Source: Candidatus Bathyarchaeia archaeon (GTDB lineage Archaea; Thermoproteota; Bathyarchaeia; 40CM-2-53-6). From it: DNA of 64,000 nucleotides. The position numbers were made by a program, and so were the translations under genes. The notes under the pieces were generated by a model, which was not told the origin of the DNA, did no database searches, and worked only from the letters and a program-made list of their open reading frames with translations. Below, piece by piece: positions 28,727-39,142 of this stretch; the first letter of the stretch is position 1, and every line of letters begins with the position of its first letter. The DNA lies in contig JBEKVV010000002.1 of NCBI GenBank assembly GCA_049513715.1, positions 1 through 64,000 of the forward strand. The letters are read 5' to 3'.

Positions 28727-28824
28727 GTTGGTGGAGCTTCCATTTTCCTGAGTGAACGATTCATTAATCAGGTTTTGAACCAATGCTTCTTCCAAAGTGC
28801 TAGACTCTGGGACAAAGAACGCAG

Positions 28825-29670
28825 TTGGGACAGATGGAATTCAAGGAACTTGGAAAGACCGGAGTGAAGGTTCCAGTTCTCGGCTTGGGAACATGGGGCA
28901 TAGGAGGCCGCAGTAGTAGGTACACTGCTGCGGATGCTCAGGCCGTGCAGGCCCTACGGATGGGCTTGGATCTGGGGATGCTCTTCATCGATACCGCGGA
29001 GTTTTATGGGCATGGGCATTCGGAAGAAATAGTTGCGGACGCAATAGGCGACAGGCGAGAAAGTGTCTTCCTTGCAACAAAAGTTTCACCCGAACATTTC
29101 GGGCACGATGACGTGTTGAAGGCCTGCGAAGCGAGCCTGAAACGGCTCAAGGTTAGCTATGTAGATCTCTACCAGCTTCACTGGCCCAACCCAAGCATTC
29201 CAATTTCGGAAACGATGAAAGCTATGGAGCGTTTGGTTCTTGAGGGAAAGGTCCGGCACATTGGTGTAAGCAACTTCTCAGTTCGTCAGACCCGGGAGGC
29301 ACAAGCATCCCTCTCCAAAGCCACATTAGCCGCGAATCAAGTCGATTACAGCCTTCTTGACAGGTCAATCGAGAAGGACTTGCTACAATACTCTCAGAGG
29401 GAACACATCACCGTCATCGCTTACAGCCCCCTCGCGAAAAGCCAAATACCGAAAGGCGGGCGGGGAGGGAAGTGGCAAATCCTCGATGATATCGCAAAGA
29501 GAAACGAGAAGACTAGGTCACAAGTAGCCTTGAATTGGTTAATCGCTAAAGAGGGGGTCGTAACTATCCCGAAGGCAGCCTCGCTTGAACACGTGAAGGA
29601 GAACGCAGGTGCCGTCGGCTGGGCCTTGAGCGGGGAGGATCAGAAGGCTTTGGAAGACGCCTTCACGTAA
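28825..29670 (+). CDS. Aldo/keto reductase
   Basis: LGLGTW, IDTAEFYG, ATKV, DLYQLHWP, IGVSNF, AYSPL, IPKA. Confidence 0.95.
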   Translation: MGQMEFKELGKTGVKVPVLGLGTWGIGGRSSRYTAADAQAVQALRMGLDLGMLFIDTAEFYGHGHSEEIVADAIGDRRESVFLATKVSPEHFGHDDVLKACEASLKRLKVSYVDLYQLHWPNPSIPISETMKAMERLVLEGKVRHIGVSNFSVRQTREAQASLSKATLAANQVDYSLLDRSIEKDLLQYSQREHITVIAYSPLAKSQIPKGGRGGKWQILDDIAKRNEKTRSQVALNWLIAKEGVVTIPKAASLEHVKENAGAVGWALSGEDQKALEDAFT

Positions 29671-29737
29671 AGTCCATAACACTTGGAAGGCGCTGTCTCT
29701 GTCCCAACCTGAAGGAGAATTCGAGTATGTCGCTCGG

Positions 29738-29950
29738 GTGGCCGCGCGCATTGTGAGGATGTTTCAACGTTACACCCAAAACATTGACCCCGAAGATGAA
29801 CGGTTCATAGGCTTCATCGCACAATACCTTAGGGATAGAGATGTGAAAGACCCGAAGGCGCTACGGTACTCAGAGCTCTACAAGCTCATCAAGGAAGGAA
29901 TTCGCACGTACCTCAGCCAACGAGAATCATCGTCGAGCGCTAGAAAATGA
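29738..29950 (+). CDS. Hypothetical protein
   Basis: ATGA-coupled to the downstream kinase. Confidence 0.55.
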   Translation: MAARIVRMFQRYTQNIDPEDERFIGFIAQYLRDRDVKDPKALRYSELYKLIKEGIRTYLSQRESSSSARK

Positions 29951-30525
29951 AAAAAGTCATCATCGTGACAGGCACGCCTGGGACAGGCAAGACGACTATA
30001 TCAAGACAACTCGCCGAGGAGATAGGCGCGCGTTACCTTCCACTAACACAACACGTTTCCTCATACGGGTTGTACAGTGGAGTTGACGTGCGCAGGAACT
30101 CCAAGGTGATGGACCTAAAGAGAACGCGAGCAGACCTGAAAAGGCTCCTTTTGAAAGAAGACAAAACCATAGTTGTTGATTCCCACATACCCGACGTGAT
30201 AGCCCCAAAAAGCCTCGTCAAACGCGTCCTCGTGCTACGCTGCCACCCCAAGGTACTCAAATCTCGACTTCGAGCGAAGAAGTGGAAACAAGAAAAGGTC
30301 CAAGAAAACCTGCTCGCAGAAATTCTCGACGCCTGCTTGCTTGAGGCGGTAGATTACTATGGGTGGAGGCCTGTTTTCGAAATTAACACTTCCCATGGGA
30401 GTGTGAGGCGCTGCGTGACTCTGGCGAAGGCCAGTCTAAGGGGCAAATCTCGAAAGAAAGGTCGGAGTTTCGATTGGATAACCACGTTGAACCGCGAACA
30501 TTCACTCCTCAGATACTTGAAGTGA
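29947..30525 (+). CDS. Atypical adenylate kinase (AK6/Fap7 family)
   Basis: TGTPGTGKTT, VVDSH, VLRCHP..L..RL..KVQEN..AEIL. Confidence 0.9.
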   Translation: MKKVIIVTGTPGTGKTTISRQLAEEIGARYLPLTQHVSSYGLYSGVDVRRNSKVMDLKRTRADLKRLLLKEDKTIVVDSHIPDVIAPKSLVKRVLVLRCHPKVLKSRLRAKKWKQEKVQENLLAEILDACLLEAVDYYGWRPVFEINTSHGSVRRCVTLAKASLRGKSRKKGRSFDWITTLNREHSLLRYLK

Positions 30526-30531
30526 AATAGG

Positions 30532-30759
30532 TTGGAGAAACCAAAGAAGCAATACTTGGTAGTTAGCTGCACAAAATGCGCCCGCTACCTTCTCGCCGTC
30601 TCGGACAAGAAAACTAGATCATGTCCTTACTGTGGGAAACGGGTTTCAATGGAAACTGCCAAGATTGTTGCGCGGTCAGAGAATCCTGAAGAGGCTCGGT
30701 CAGCTCTTCAAGAAATGAAGGCGCGTGAGCACGGGGGCCGACTTGCTGTTAAGGGTTAG
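30532..30759 (+). CDS. DUF1922-like zinc-ribbon protein
   Basis: CTKC..KTRSCPYCG..EEAR. Confidence 0.75.
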   Translation: MEKPKKQYLVVSCTKCARYLLAVSDKKTRSCPYCGKRVSMETAKIVARSENPEEARSALQEMKAREHGGRLAVKG

Positions 30760-30783
30760 CTCCGATAATGTTACTAACCCGTC

Positions 30784-31236
30784 ATGCCATGGTGGGGGAG
30801 AACTTCAATGTCATCGTTACCAGACCGACGGTTCATGGAAGAAATGACTGTCCTACTTCAAAAAGTGGTCACCATTTCGACCTCTGGCGGAAAGAATTAT
30901 ACCGGTGTGTTGTCCGGCGTTGATTCGCACACGCTCAACATTTGCCTAACAAACGCCAAAGATGATTCAGGGCATATCTTCCACAAACTCTTCCTCAACG
31001 GCAGCGCCGTAGCCCAGATATTCAGCGCTGAGAAACCCTTCGACCTCCAAGCCCTAGCGGAAAGGCTTGAGCGTGTCTTCCCAAGGATGGTCAAGACGAG
31101 CGAGGGAGCTGGCGTGATCCTTGTTATGGACAGAATTAGGGTTTCGGAGAAGGGAATGTTGGAAGGTTCCGGGCCGGCTGCAGAAAGAGTCCAGAAGGTT
31201 TACGATGAGTTCATGCGTGCCCAAACCCCGACATAA
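30784..31236 (+). CDS. Sm-like protein with C-terminal domain (SmAP3 type)
   Basis: Sm fold (YTGVLSGVD..LNICLTNA..FLNG) plus FDLQALAERLERVFP..GPAAERV. Confidence 0.88.
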   Translation: MPWWGRTSMSSLPDRRFMEEMTVLLQKVVTISTSGGKNYTGVLSGVDSHTLNICLTNAKDDSGHIFHKLFLNGSAVAQIFSAEKPFDLQALAERLERVFPRMVKTSEGAGVILVMDRIRVSEKGMLEGSGPAAERVQKVYDEFMRAQTPT

Positions 31237-31254
31237 CCCAAGCCTCTGACCGAA

Positions 31255-32871
31255 TTGTCGTTCGAGGTACGGAACAAAGACCTACTCGGCCGAATAGGCC
31301 GACTTCACACCAAACACGGAACCATAGAAACTCCCCTGCTTCTTCCAGTTGTCAACCCAAACTCCCAAACAATCCCAGCGAAAGAGCTGCGCAGCAACTT
31401 TGGATTTGACGCTCTAATCACCAACTCTTACCTAGTATGGCGGAGGCACCGGGAAGAGGACGCAGTGCCGAAGATACACGAATTGCTCAACTTTGACGGC
31501 GTCATAGAAACAGACTCGGGCGCATACCAGATTCTCCAATATGGCGATGTGGAAGTTCAGCCGAAAGAGATCATTCGTTTCCAAGAGGAGCTGGGCAGCG
31601 ATATCGCTGTAATACTCGACATTCCCACCGGCCAAGAGGTTTCGAAGAAATATGCAAAATGGACTGTAGATGAAACCCTGCGAAGAGCTGATGACGCCCT
31701 CAAACTGATCTCGGCACGGGATACCCTGTGGGTTGGGCCGGTGCAAGGAGGGATGTACCCCGACCTTGTGGCCTACTCTGCAGCCCAAATGGCCAAGAAA
31801 GATTTTTCCGTTTACGCCCTGGGCAGCCCCACCCCGGTAATGCAACAATACCGTTACGATACGTTAGTCGACATGATTATGGCAGCGAAACAGAACCTCC
31901 CACCCCACAAGCCGTTGCACCTGTTCGGTGCAGGTCATCCCATGATGTTCGCGTTAGCCGTTGCGTTGGGCTGCGATATTTTCGACTCCGCCTCATACGC
32001 CCTCTTCGCTCGAAACGGCCGCTACATGACCACTCAGGGAACAGCGAAGATCGAGGACATGGAATACTTTCCCTGCAACTGCCCAGTATGCCACAACAAA
32101 ACCCCCAACGACCTACGGAAACTACTACTAATGGAGCGTGAGCGATTCCTCGCCGCCCACAACCTCCACACGTGCCACAGCGAGCTACAGACTGTGAAGC
32201 AGGCGATAGTTGATGGAAGGCTCTGGGAGCTCGTTGAATCTAGGTCCCGAAGCCACCCTGCCCTTCAACTTGGATTCCAGAGGCTACTCAAATATGCTGA
32301 ACTTCTAGAGCCGAACACACCCGTTTACAAGAAGAAAGGCCCCTTCGTCATTGATCCAGATTCTCTGAACCGCCCAGAAGTTCTGCGGTACGAGAAATCC
32401 CTTCTCGAACGATACAGCCCACCCGCCCACGTCAAGAACGTTGCACTCATACCCGAATACTACATGAAACCCTTCCAAGAAAATCCCGAGCAAGGCTCTT
32501 TCCTCTCGAAACTCGAGCAACGAAGTGACTTGCACATTTGCTCATACGGCCTTGTCTTCGGCGTGGTACCTCAAGAATTACTGGACGTCTACCCCCTCTC
32601 ACAGACCGAAGACGCCCTAACACCTACGCCAGTGACCATGCACCGTGCTACAACACTAATATTGAGCTACTTGAAAGCTGCAAATTACTCACTTTGCATG
32701 ATCGTAACTTCAGAACCTTGGCAAATGAGAATCGCTAAGTTCATCAAAGCCAAGAAACCCAAGCATTTGAAGATGAAAATCATCAAGACGAACGAAGATG
32801 AAAAACGAAAGGTCCCTGCGCAGATTCTCCGTGAGCTGAGGACAAGAAAACGGCGTCAGCGAATAAGCTAA
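31255..32871 (+). CDS. tgtA: Archaeosine tRNA-guanine(15) transglycosylase (no PUA domain)
   Basis: TDSGAYQ, LDIPT, PVQGG, HLFGAGHP, DIFDSASY, CNCPVC..H. Confidence 0.95.
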   Translation: MSFEVRNKDLLGRIGRLHTKHGTIETPLLLPVVNPNSQTIPAKELRSNFGFDALITNSYLVWRRHREEDAVPKIHELLNFDGVIETDSGAYQILQYGDVEVQPKEIIRFQEELGSDIAVILDIPTGQEVSKKYAKWTVDETLRRADDALKLISARDTLWVGPVQGGMYPDLVAYSAAQMAKKDFSVYALGSPTPVMQQYRYDTLVDMIMAAKQNLPPHKPLHLFGAGHPMMFALAVALGCDIFDSASYALFARNGRYMTTQGTAKIEDMEYFPCNCPVCHNKTPNDLRKLLLMERERFLAAHNLHTCHSELQTVKQAIVDGRLWELVESRSRSHPALQLGFQRLLKYAELLEPNTPVYKKKGPFVIDPDSLNRPEVLRYEKSLLERYSPPAHVKNVALIPEYYMKPFQENPEQGSFLSKLEQRSDLHICSYGLVFGVVPQELLDVYPLSQTEDALTPTPVTMHRATTLILSYLKAANYSLCMIVTSEPWQMRIAKFIKAKKPKHLKMKIIKTNEDEKRKVPAQILRELRTRKRRQRIS

Positions 32872-32902
32872 ATCACTACACAGCGGCGTACATTAGTCTC
32901 GG

Positions 32903-33124
32903 TTGATGACGACAATGAACTTGGAGCAAGTCAAGCAAGAAATCACGAATCTCAGCACCACGCCTGTAGCAGAAAAAATGTATCCCATAACATCGGATTG
33001 GGTTCCGGTAACTGATGTCCTCGCAATATTGAACAGGTTCGAGAAACATTGGAAGAAATACCAGGAAGGCAAAAAGAGCGAGGCCGAAACGAAATTGGTA
33101 AACGAAATTCTTGGCGTAGCCTAA
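32903..33124 (+). CDS. Hypothetical protein
   Basis: 73-aa co-directional ORF. Confidence 0.5.
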   Translation: MMTTMNLEQVKQEITNLSTTPVAEKMYPITSDWVPVTDVLAILNRFEKHWKKYQEGKKSEAETKLVNEILGVA

Positions 33125-33203
33125 CTCCCGCGACAACTCTGCATGATTTTGCTGCTTTCGCAGGTTTTATTTGAAGTAAGAGTGCACTATTTGGGCGAGT
33201 AAT

Positions 33204-34265
33204 TTGGATAGACATCAGGTTTTGAGGCACCCTACTCGGCCGATTAAGATCGACCCAGACAAAACTGTCAGCGAATTGGTAAGCGAGATGGCGTTGACTG
33301 GGTTTCAGGGCCGCAAGCTCGGAGAAGCAGCTGATGCATGGACTGCGATGCTCAAGAAACGTGAAATAGTCATCTGGATGGGCGTTGCTGGTGCCATGGT
33401 TCCTGCTGGCATGCGTGAACTTATCACATACTTAATCAGGCGAAGGATGATCGACGTCCTCGTCACAACTGGTGCAACCCTCTATCATGACGCTTACGAG
33501 AGCATCGGCGGCAAACACTTTCTCGGAACAGATCAAATTGATAATGTGATGCTGCGAAGGCACAGAATCGACAGGGTTTACGATGTCTACGCAGACGAGA
33601 GGAAATTCTACCAATTGGACGTTATGATTGAGAAAGAATTCTCGTCCCGTCTGCAGCCTGGAAGGCCATATTCCTCCAGGGAGGTCATGCATGAGTTCGG
33701 AAAATGGGTATCCGAGATGGCTGGGGGCAGAGACGGAATTTGTATTTCCGCTTACGAATCGGGCGTCCCAATATTCGTGCCCGCATTCTGCGACAGTGGT
33801 ATGGGTTTCTCGTTGATGTTCTCCAATCGACGAAGGAAGCGCCACATCATCGTCGACCACATGAGGGACGTTGATGAAAGCTCTAGAATAACTGAGAAAT
33901 CGAGGAACACCGCGGTGATCATAGTTGGCGGGGGCGTCCCAAAGAATTTCATTCAACAAACCGCCGTGATTGCCAGCTACCAAACACGGCACGACCGCAC
34001 GCACAACTTCGCGATTCAGTTCACCACCGATGTTCCACAGTGGGGTGGGTTGAGCGGGTCAACTTTCGAAGAAGCCCAGAGTTGGGGCAAATACAACGCC
34101 CGCGCCACAATGGTCCAATGTTTCGCCGATGCAACAATTTCCTTGCCCGTTGTCGTCCAGGCTTTGAGCCAACGTTACAAGAGGCTTAGAAGGCGTGTTC
34201 CTAGGTTCCATTGGAACCATCAACGGGGGGCCCTACAAGTGCAGTTCCAGCCCGCTAGGCTGTGA
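33204..34265 (+). CDS. dys: Deoxyhypusine synthase family protein
   Basis: GFQGRKLG, VTTGA, GGGVPKNF, GGLSGSTFEEAQSWGK with active-site Lys, DATI. Confidence 0.92.
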   Translation: MDRHQVLRHPTRPIKIDPDKTVSELVSEMALTGFQGRKLGEAADAWTAMLKKREIVIWMGVAGAMVPAGMRELITYLIRRRMIDVLVTTGATLYHDAYESIGGKHFLGTDQIDNVMLRRHRIDRVYDVYADERKFYQLDVMIEKEFSSRLQPGRPYSSREVMHEFGKWVSEMAGGRDGICISAYESGVPIFVPAFCDSGMGFSLMFSNRRRKRHIIVDHMRDVDESSRITEKSRNTAVIIVGGGVPKNFIQQTAVIASYQTRHDRTHNFAIQFTTDVPQWGGLSGSTFEEAQSWGKYNARATMVQCFADATISLPVVVQALSQRYKRLRRRVPRFHWNHQRGALQVQFQPARL

Positions 34266-34277
34266 GTCGCGGGTCGG

Positions 34278-34580
34278 TTAGCCGTATTTGTAGGATATTC
34301 CGAACCCGCCCTTCGGGTTCTTCCAGCCAACGTCATAACAGGCGATTCTGCACGCGCCGCACTCGACGCACGCATCATAGGTTATGGTGATCCTGTTCTC
34401 TTCCCACTTGTAGACATCTGTCGGGCACACCCTGATGCAGACGAAGTTGAACGGGCATTTCAAGCACATCTTCGGGTCCTTGATCCACAGGTGGGGTTCT
34501 TCGTCGACCTTGAAGCGGTCGCGGTATAGCTTGTCCTCGATCGATAAGGCCTTCTGCGCGGTCAACTGAAGAGCCTCCAT
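34278..34580 (-). CDS. fixX: FixX ferredoxin-like protein
   Basis: C..C....C...CP and CVECGACRIAC, W.NPKGGFGISYKYG. Confidence 0.93.
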   Translation of the reverse strand: MEALQLTAQKALSIEDKLYRDRFKVDEEPHLWIKDPKMCLKCPFNFVCIRVCPTDVYKWEENRITITYDACVECGACRIACYDVGWKNPKGGFGISYKYG

Positions 34581-35842
34581 ATGTGGTAAAGATCGCGTGC
34601 CAGCCCAAGCCTAGAGCGGCGCTTGAACAATGTTGATTTCAGTTCCTTCATCTTGGCAGCTTTTGTGTCATCATCAACGACATGCCACATGTACGCTAGT
34701 TCGTTTAGTGTCTCAGGATAGAGTGTGAAGAAGTATGGGTTTGATGAGAAGAATGTCGGTATCTCTCGGTATTTTCTTAGATCCTTGAGGACAAAGCTCT
34801 GCTCTAGCCTTCGCTTGTAGTTGGCTAGGGTGCGTGATGAATAGTCGTTTCTTTTCTTTGCCTCGATGATGGTTTCTCCCGCTATGATCCCTGAAGTCAT
34901 TGCGAGGTTGGTGCCTTCCCAGTTGATGGCGTTGACAAGCATCGCCGCGTCGCCGGCGACCAGCATGCCGTCTGTGTAGATTCTTGATACGTAATCGTAA
35001 CCCCCTTCGGGGATCAAGTGGGCTGAGTACTCCTTCAGTTCCGTATCTTGGATGAGCGGGGCGATTGATGGGTGGTTCTTGAATTGTTCCATCAGGATGT
35101 TGGGGCGTTGGCCGCTCTTGTCTAGGTCTCGTATGCTGACGCCGATTCCCAGCGAGATGGTGTCCCTGTTAGTGTACATGAATCCGGCATGCATCCCAGG
35201 CCCCCACCCAACTAGGAGCGCTGCGATGCCTTCGTCCGGTTTCAGGTTGAAACGCTCCTCGATCTTCTGTTTCGGTAGCGCCAGAACTTCCTTTACGGCG
35301 AGGACTACCGCGTTAGGTGGTATCTCCTCCCTCAACCCGGCCTGTTTCGACAGCATGGAGTTGACGCCGTCACCGGCCACCACCACATCCGCCAAGACAT
35401 CACCGCGTTCTGTCTTGACCCCAATGATCTTCCCGTTTTCCTTGATGACATCGTCCGCTGTGGTTCTATTGATTATTGTGGCGCCTGCGTCTTCTGCGAG
35501 TTTAGCAAACCATGGGTCGAATTTTGCGCGGTGCACGGTAAACGCGTTGTAGCGGTCATTGAAGCGCTGGTTCCTGTGGCTGAGTAGGAGATGTGAATCT
35601 TTCGAGAGAAACCAGTACTGGTACTCAACAACATGTCTCTCAACCGGGGCCGTCTTCCAGAACTCAGGGGCAATTTTCTCAGTTTGGTGTCTGAAGATGA
35701 CGCCGCCGAACATGTTCTTGGCGCCCGGCCTCTCGCCTTTCTCCAGGACGAGAACGTTGAGGCCAGCCTTCGCCATCGTGTAGGCTGCTGCGATGCCTGC
35801 AGGTCCCGCCCCGACAACTACTGAGTCGAACTTGTCTGCCAT
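34562..35842 (-). CDS. fixC: FixC ETF:quinone oxidoreductase-like flavoprotein
   Basis: GAGPAG, EKGERPGAKNMFGG, EYSAHLIPEGG, GDAA. Confidence 0.93.
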   Translation of the reverse strand: MADKFDSVVVGAGPAGIAAAYTMAKAGLNVLVLEKGERPGAKNMFGGVIFRHQTEKIAPEFWKTAPVERHVVEYQYWFLSKDSHLLLSHRNQRFNDRYNAFTVHRAKFDPWFAKLAEDAGATIINRTTADDVIKENGKIIGVKTERGDVLADVVVAGDGVNSMLSKQAGLREEIPPNAVVLAVKEVLALPKQKIEERFNLKPDEGIAALLVGWGPGMHAGFMYTNRDTISLGIGVSIRDLDKSGQRPNILMEQFKNHPSIAPLIQDTELKEYSAHLIPEGGYDYVSRIYTDGMLVAGDAAMLVNAINWEGTNLAMTSGIIAGETIIEAKKRNDYSSRTLANYKRRLEQSFVLKDLRKYREIPTFFSSNPYFFTLYPETLNELAYMWHVVDDDTKAAKMKELKSTLFKRRSRLGLARDLYHIWRLFS

Positions 35843-37734
35843 GGTGCCAACTCAGCTATGCCAACGGTCCTTAGTTCCTCAATTAGTGCTGGGACAATCT
35901 TGAAGAGGTCGCCTACTACGCCGAAATCTGCCATCTTGAAGATAGGTGCGTTTGAATCACGGTTAATGGCAACTATGTAATCCGCGTTCATTATCCCGAC
36001 AATGTGTTGGATTGCTCCCGAAATTCCAACGGCAATGTAGAGCCGCGGCCGAACCGTTAGCCCTGTCTGGCCCACTTGATGCTCATAACCAATCCAACCC
36101 GACCGCACAGCGGCCCGCGAGGCCCCAAATTGCCCGTGCAGGACACTCGCCAGCTCCTCGATCAAGCCAAAGTTCTTGGCTGAACCTAGCCCTCTCCCGC
36201 CGGACACGATGACATGTGCGTCCTCTAACCTGACGCCTACCTTCTCAATTGGCACGAAATCGATGACTTCCGTGTTCACGTCGCTTGGTCTGAGGTCCAC
36301 CTTCACGTTGACAATTTCCCCGGCACGGCCAGCCATCGGTGGGAGGCCTTTCATGACGCGTGGCCTCACGCTGGCCATCGTTGGCCGATGTTTGGGGCAG
36401 ATGATCGTCGACATCAAATTGCCGCCGTAGTCCGGCCGCGTCCCCATGAATGTTCCAGTTTCAATCTCAACATCCAATGCAGTGCAGTCGGCGATCAACC
36501 CTGTTTCTAAGAATGTTGCGGCTGAGCCAGCTAAGTCTCGCCCGCGGATGGTTCCGCCTATTAGCAGCGCTTCGGGCTTGAATTGTCTGACCGCCTCTTT
36601 CATAGCGACTGCATAGGGCTGTGTTCTATAATCCTCTAGACGCTCGTCTTCAACTACGTAGACCTTGTCGGCACCATGCCGGAAAGCTTCCTTCGCCAAG
36701 GGCGAAACATTGTTGCCAATCACGATCGCTGCCAGGTTGGTGCCGTAAATTCGCGCCAATCGTCTTCCTTCACCAAGAAGTTCCCAGGCCACTGGGGCAG
36801 GCTTACCGTGAAATTGTTCAACGAAAACCCAGACCTCTCCAAACTTTCTCAAGTTACCTTGGTTGGCCATTGTGGGAGCACTCAAAGATTCAGGCGTAGA
36901 AACCGGTGGTGCCGTCTGTTCCGAAGTCCCGAATGCCTTGACTTGAATCAGCTTTTTCACCAGCCATTCTGCTGCACCTCGCGGGTCCGAGGTTCCGTCG
37001 AAGACCTCGCCTTGCTTTCTGCCTGGGGGTGGGAAAACCTTCTTCACAATGGTTGGTGAGCCTTTCAAGCCTAGAAAGTTTGATTCGGCCTCTATCTTGT
37101 TCTTGTCCCAGATTTCAATTTGTGTTTGCTTTGCCTTGAGCATTCCCTGGATAGTGAACTTCCTCGGTTTGTTTACTTCCTCTGTGACCGTCAGAACTGC
37201 GGGCAGGTTAGCTTTGACGGTTTCAATTCCGTCGTCAAAACGATGTCTGGCGACGATTGTCCTAGCCTGAGGGTCCAGCTTCTCAATCTTGGTCACATTC
37301 GAGATTATCGGGACGTTGAACCTCACGGCGAGGCCAGGGGGAACTTGCCCGGTCTCTCCGTCAATGGCGACTCTTCCGGTTATGATGAGATCGAACGGGT
37401 TTGTCTCCGCGATTTTGGTGATGCTCTTCCAGAGTGTGTATGAGGTTGCAAGCGTGTCTGCGCCAGCCATCTCCCTGTCCGACACCATGAATGCTCGATC
37501 TACGCCCATTGCCAGAGCTTCCCGAAGGCCCTCCTGCGCCTGGAGTGGCCCCATCGCAACAGCAGTGATTGTGGCACCCAGCCTCTCCTTGAGTCGAATC
37601 GCTTCTTCGATGGCGTTAAGGCAGAGGGGATTGACGATTGAGGGAACTCCCTCACGAATCAGATTTAGTGTGATCGGGTCGAAACGAATATCGGTTGCAT
37701 CGGGAACGTGTTTGACGCAGACCACAATATGCAA
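35818..37734 (-). CDS. fixAB: Fused electron transfer flavoprotein beta+alpha subunits (FixA-FixB)
   Basis: N-half VCVKHVPD, GADTLAT, DGETGQV; C-half ADCT, RPDYGGN, SGGRG, QVGQTG, GISGAIQH. Confidence 0.92.
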   Translation of the reverse strand: MHIVVCVKHVPDATDIRFDPITLNLIREGVPSIVNPLCLNAIEEAIRLKERLGATITAVAMGPLQAQEGLREALAMGVDRAFMVSDREMAGADTLATSYTLWKSITKIAETNPFDLIITGRVAIDGETGQVPPGLAVRFNVPIISNVTKIEKLDPQARTIVARHRFDDGIETVKANLPAVLTVTEEVNKPRKFTIQGMLKAKQTQIEIWDKNKIEAESNFLGLKGSPTIVKKVFPPPGRKQGEVFDGTSDPRGAAEWLVKKLIQVKAFGTSEQTAPPVSTPESLSAPTMANQGNLRKFGEVWVFVEQFHGKPAPVAWELLGEGRRLARIYGTNLAAIVIGNNVSPLAKEAFRHGADKVYVVEDERLEDYRTQPYAVAMKEAVRQFKPEALLIGGTIRGRDLAGSAATFLETGLIADCTALDVEIETGTFMGTRPDYGGNLMSTIICPKHRPTMASVRPRVMKGLPPMAGRAGEIVNVKVDLRPSDVNTEVIDFVPIEKVGVRLEDAHVIVSGGRGLGSAKNFGLIEELASVLHGQFGASRAAVRSGWIGYEHQVGQTGLTVRPRLYIAVGISGAIQHIVGIMNADYIVAINRDSNAPIFKMADFGVVGDLFKIVPALIEELRTVGIAELAPWQTSSTQ

Positions 37735-37873
37735 ATCGCTTCAGCCTGCTTAGATGATTTTAAGGTCGGTTCAGCCTCTTTTGGACTGAACTGATTTTTC
37801 GTTGCGTGAGGGCACGGTCTAACCTTTTAGTGTTTCCTGAAACGAAATGACGGCAACTAATGGAGCATGTGGC

Positions 37874-38137
37874 CTATTCATTATCTGATTCGGAATCGTC
37901 CGGACCAGATTCTGAGGCTTCCGCCGCTCCCTGCGTAGCTGCTGCGCGTTCCGCTTCAACAACCTTTAGCCTAGTCACATAACCCGCTATTCTATTGCGA
38001 AGGCGTTTGGACGGGGTCTCTACCAGTTGATTCACGCCTTCTTTGTCTGATTCAAATTCTCCCGTAAAGTGGTCGGGATATCGCCTCAAGAGTTCACGGG
38101 ATACCCGTTTTACGGTTTCAGTTCGAACTTTACCCAA
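37874..38137 (-). CDS. rps17e: 30S ribosomal protein S17e
   Basis: GKVRTETVKR..FTGEFESDK..SKRLRNRIAGYVT; TTG start at 38137. Confidence 0.95.
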   Translation of the reverse strand: MGKVRTETVKRVSRELLRRYPDHFTGEFESDKEGVNQLVETPSKRLRNRIAGYVTRLKVVEAERAAATQGAAEASESGPDDSESDNE

Positions 38138-38310
38138 ATGCAACAGCTCTTGCGCGGAACTTGACATGAGCACGCCGTAACTCACATAAACTTTGCTAAT
38201 AGGGGTGTTGTCAAGTTGTTGTCGGCTTCTTTGGGGTGTCAAAACTCGTCGGCTGAGAAGCGTTCTGGATTAGCGTTACCCATTTGTTCTTCTTTATGAG
38301 ATAGTCAATT

Positions 38311-38562
38311 TCAGTTGCGTTGGTACTTCCACCAAACGAGTAGATTCACAGTAAGCGCTACGAGGGTCATAGTAGTCGCAGCAAAAGCGAACTCCCATGT
38401 TACGAGTTGATGGTTCCTCAAGAGAGCGTAGAAGATTACCGTATCTGCAATGGCGACTACGAGCAGCACCCGCACGAAGAGACTTTGTTTGCTTGTCAAT
38501 CCTTTCAAATCTGAATTGCCTCTAACTTCACTGCTTTGGATCTTTGTATTTAGCGCTTGCAT
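38311..38562 (-). CDS. Small two-TM hypothetical protein
   Basis: Two hydrophobic segments. Confidence 0.45.
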   Translation of the reverse strand: MQALNTKIQSSEVRGNSDLKGLTSKQSLFVRVLLVVAIADTVIFYALLRNHQLVTWEFAFAATTMTLVALTVNLLVWWKYQRN

Positions 38563-38625
38563 TCCGAATTATTGAAATTTACAGCCATAATTAGCCGATA
38601 TAGACTTGACAAAATCGAATTGAGC

Positions 38626-39126
38626 CTAGCAATCAAGTTCTTCTTCAAGTGCTTGGATGGCTTCTCCTACCAAAGCATCGATCTTTAGGGCGTACAGATC
38701 TGGACTCATATAGATGTAGGAATCCGTGCCGATGGTTCTGATATACCCGTAATTGTTGGTTCCTCCGTCTGGTTGCATCACTGGCTCATTAAGTCTGGGA
38801 ACAAAACGGTATGCTTCTTGCACCTTGCGCCAAGTGTCAATGCCTAGTAGCCCTGCAAGTTCAGGTCGCATAGCATCGTATGTAGCGGTTATGAAAGGAA
38901 ACTCATAGACCGATATCGCAAACGTATGACCCCCTGTCTTAGCAGCTTCGTTGGCTGCCTTGGACACAGTAATGTGAACCGCTTTGAGTTCTGCTAGAAG
39001 AGATCGTTTGATCCGCAGACTTCTACGGTTGTCTTTCCACCATTGGCTCAATTGAGCCAGCAAGAAACCAACGATTACTCCAGCGAGTGTCGATAATATG
39101 GAAGGCAAAGCATCTGAGAGGTTCAA
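38626..39126 (-). CDS. Hypothetical protein with N-terminal TM helix
   Basis: TLAGVIVGFLL..RSLLAEL pattern common in mobile cargo. Confidence 0.55.
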   Translation of the reverse strand: MNLSDALPSILSTLAGVIVGFLLAQLSQWWKDNRRSLRIKRSLLAELKAVHITVSKAANEAAKTGGHTFAISVYEFPFITATYDAMRPELAGLLGIDTWRKVQEAYRFVPRLNEPVMQPDGGTNNYGYIRTIGTDSYIYMSPDLYALKIDALVGEAIQALEEELDC

Positions 39127-39142
39127 TCTTCAATCTCTATGT

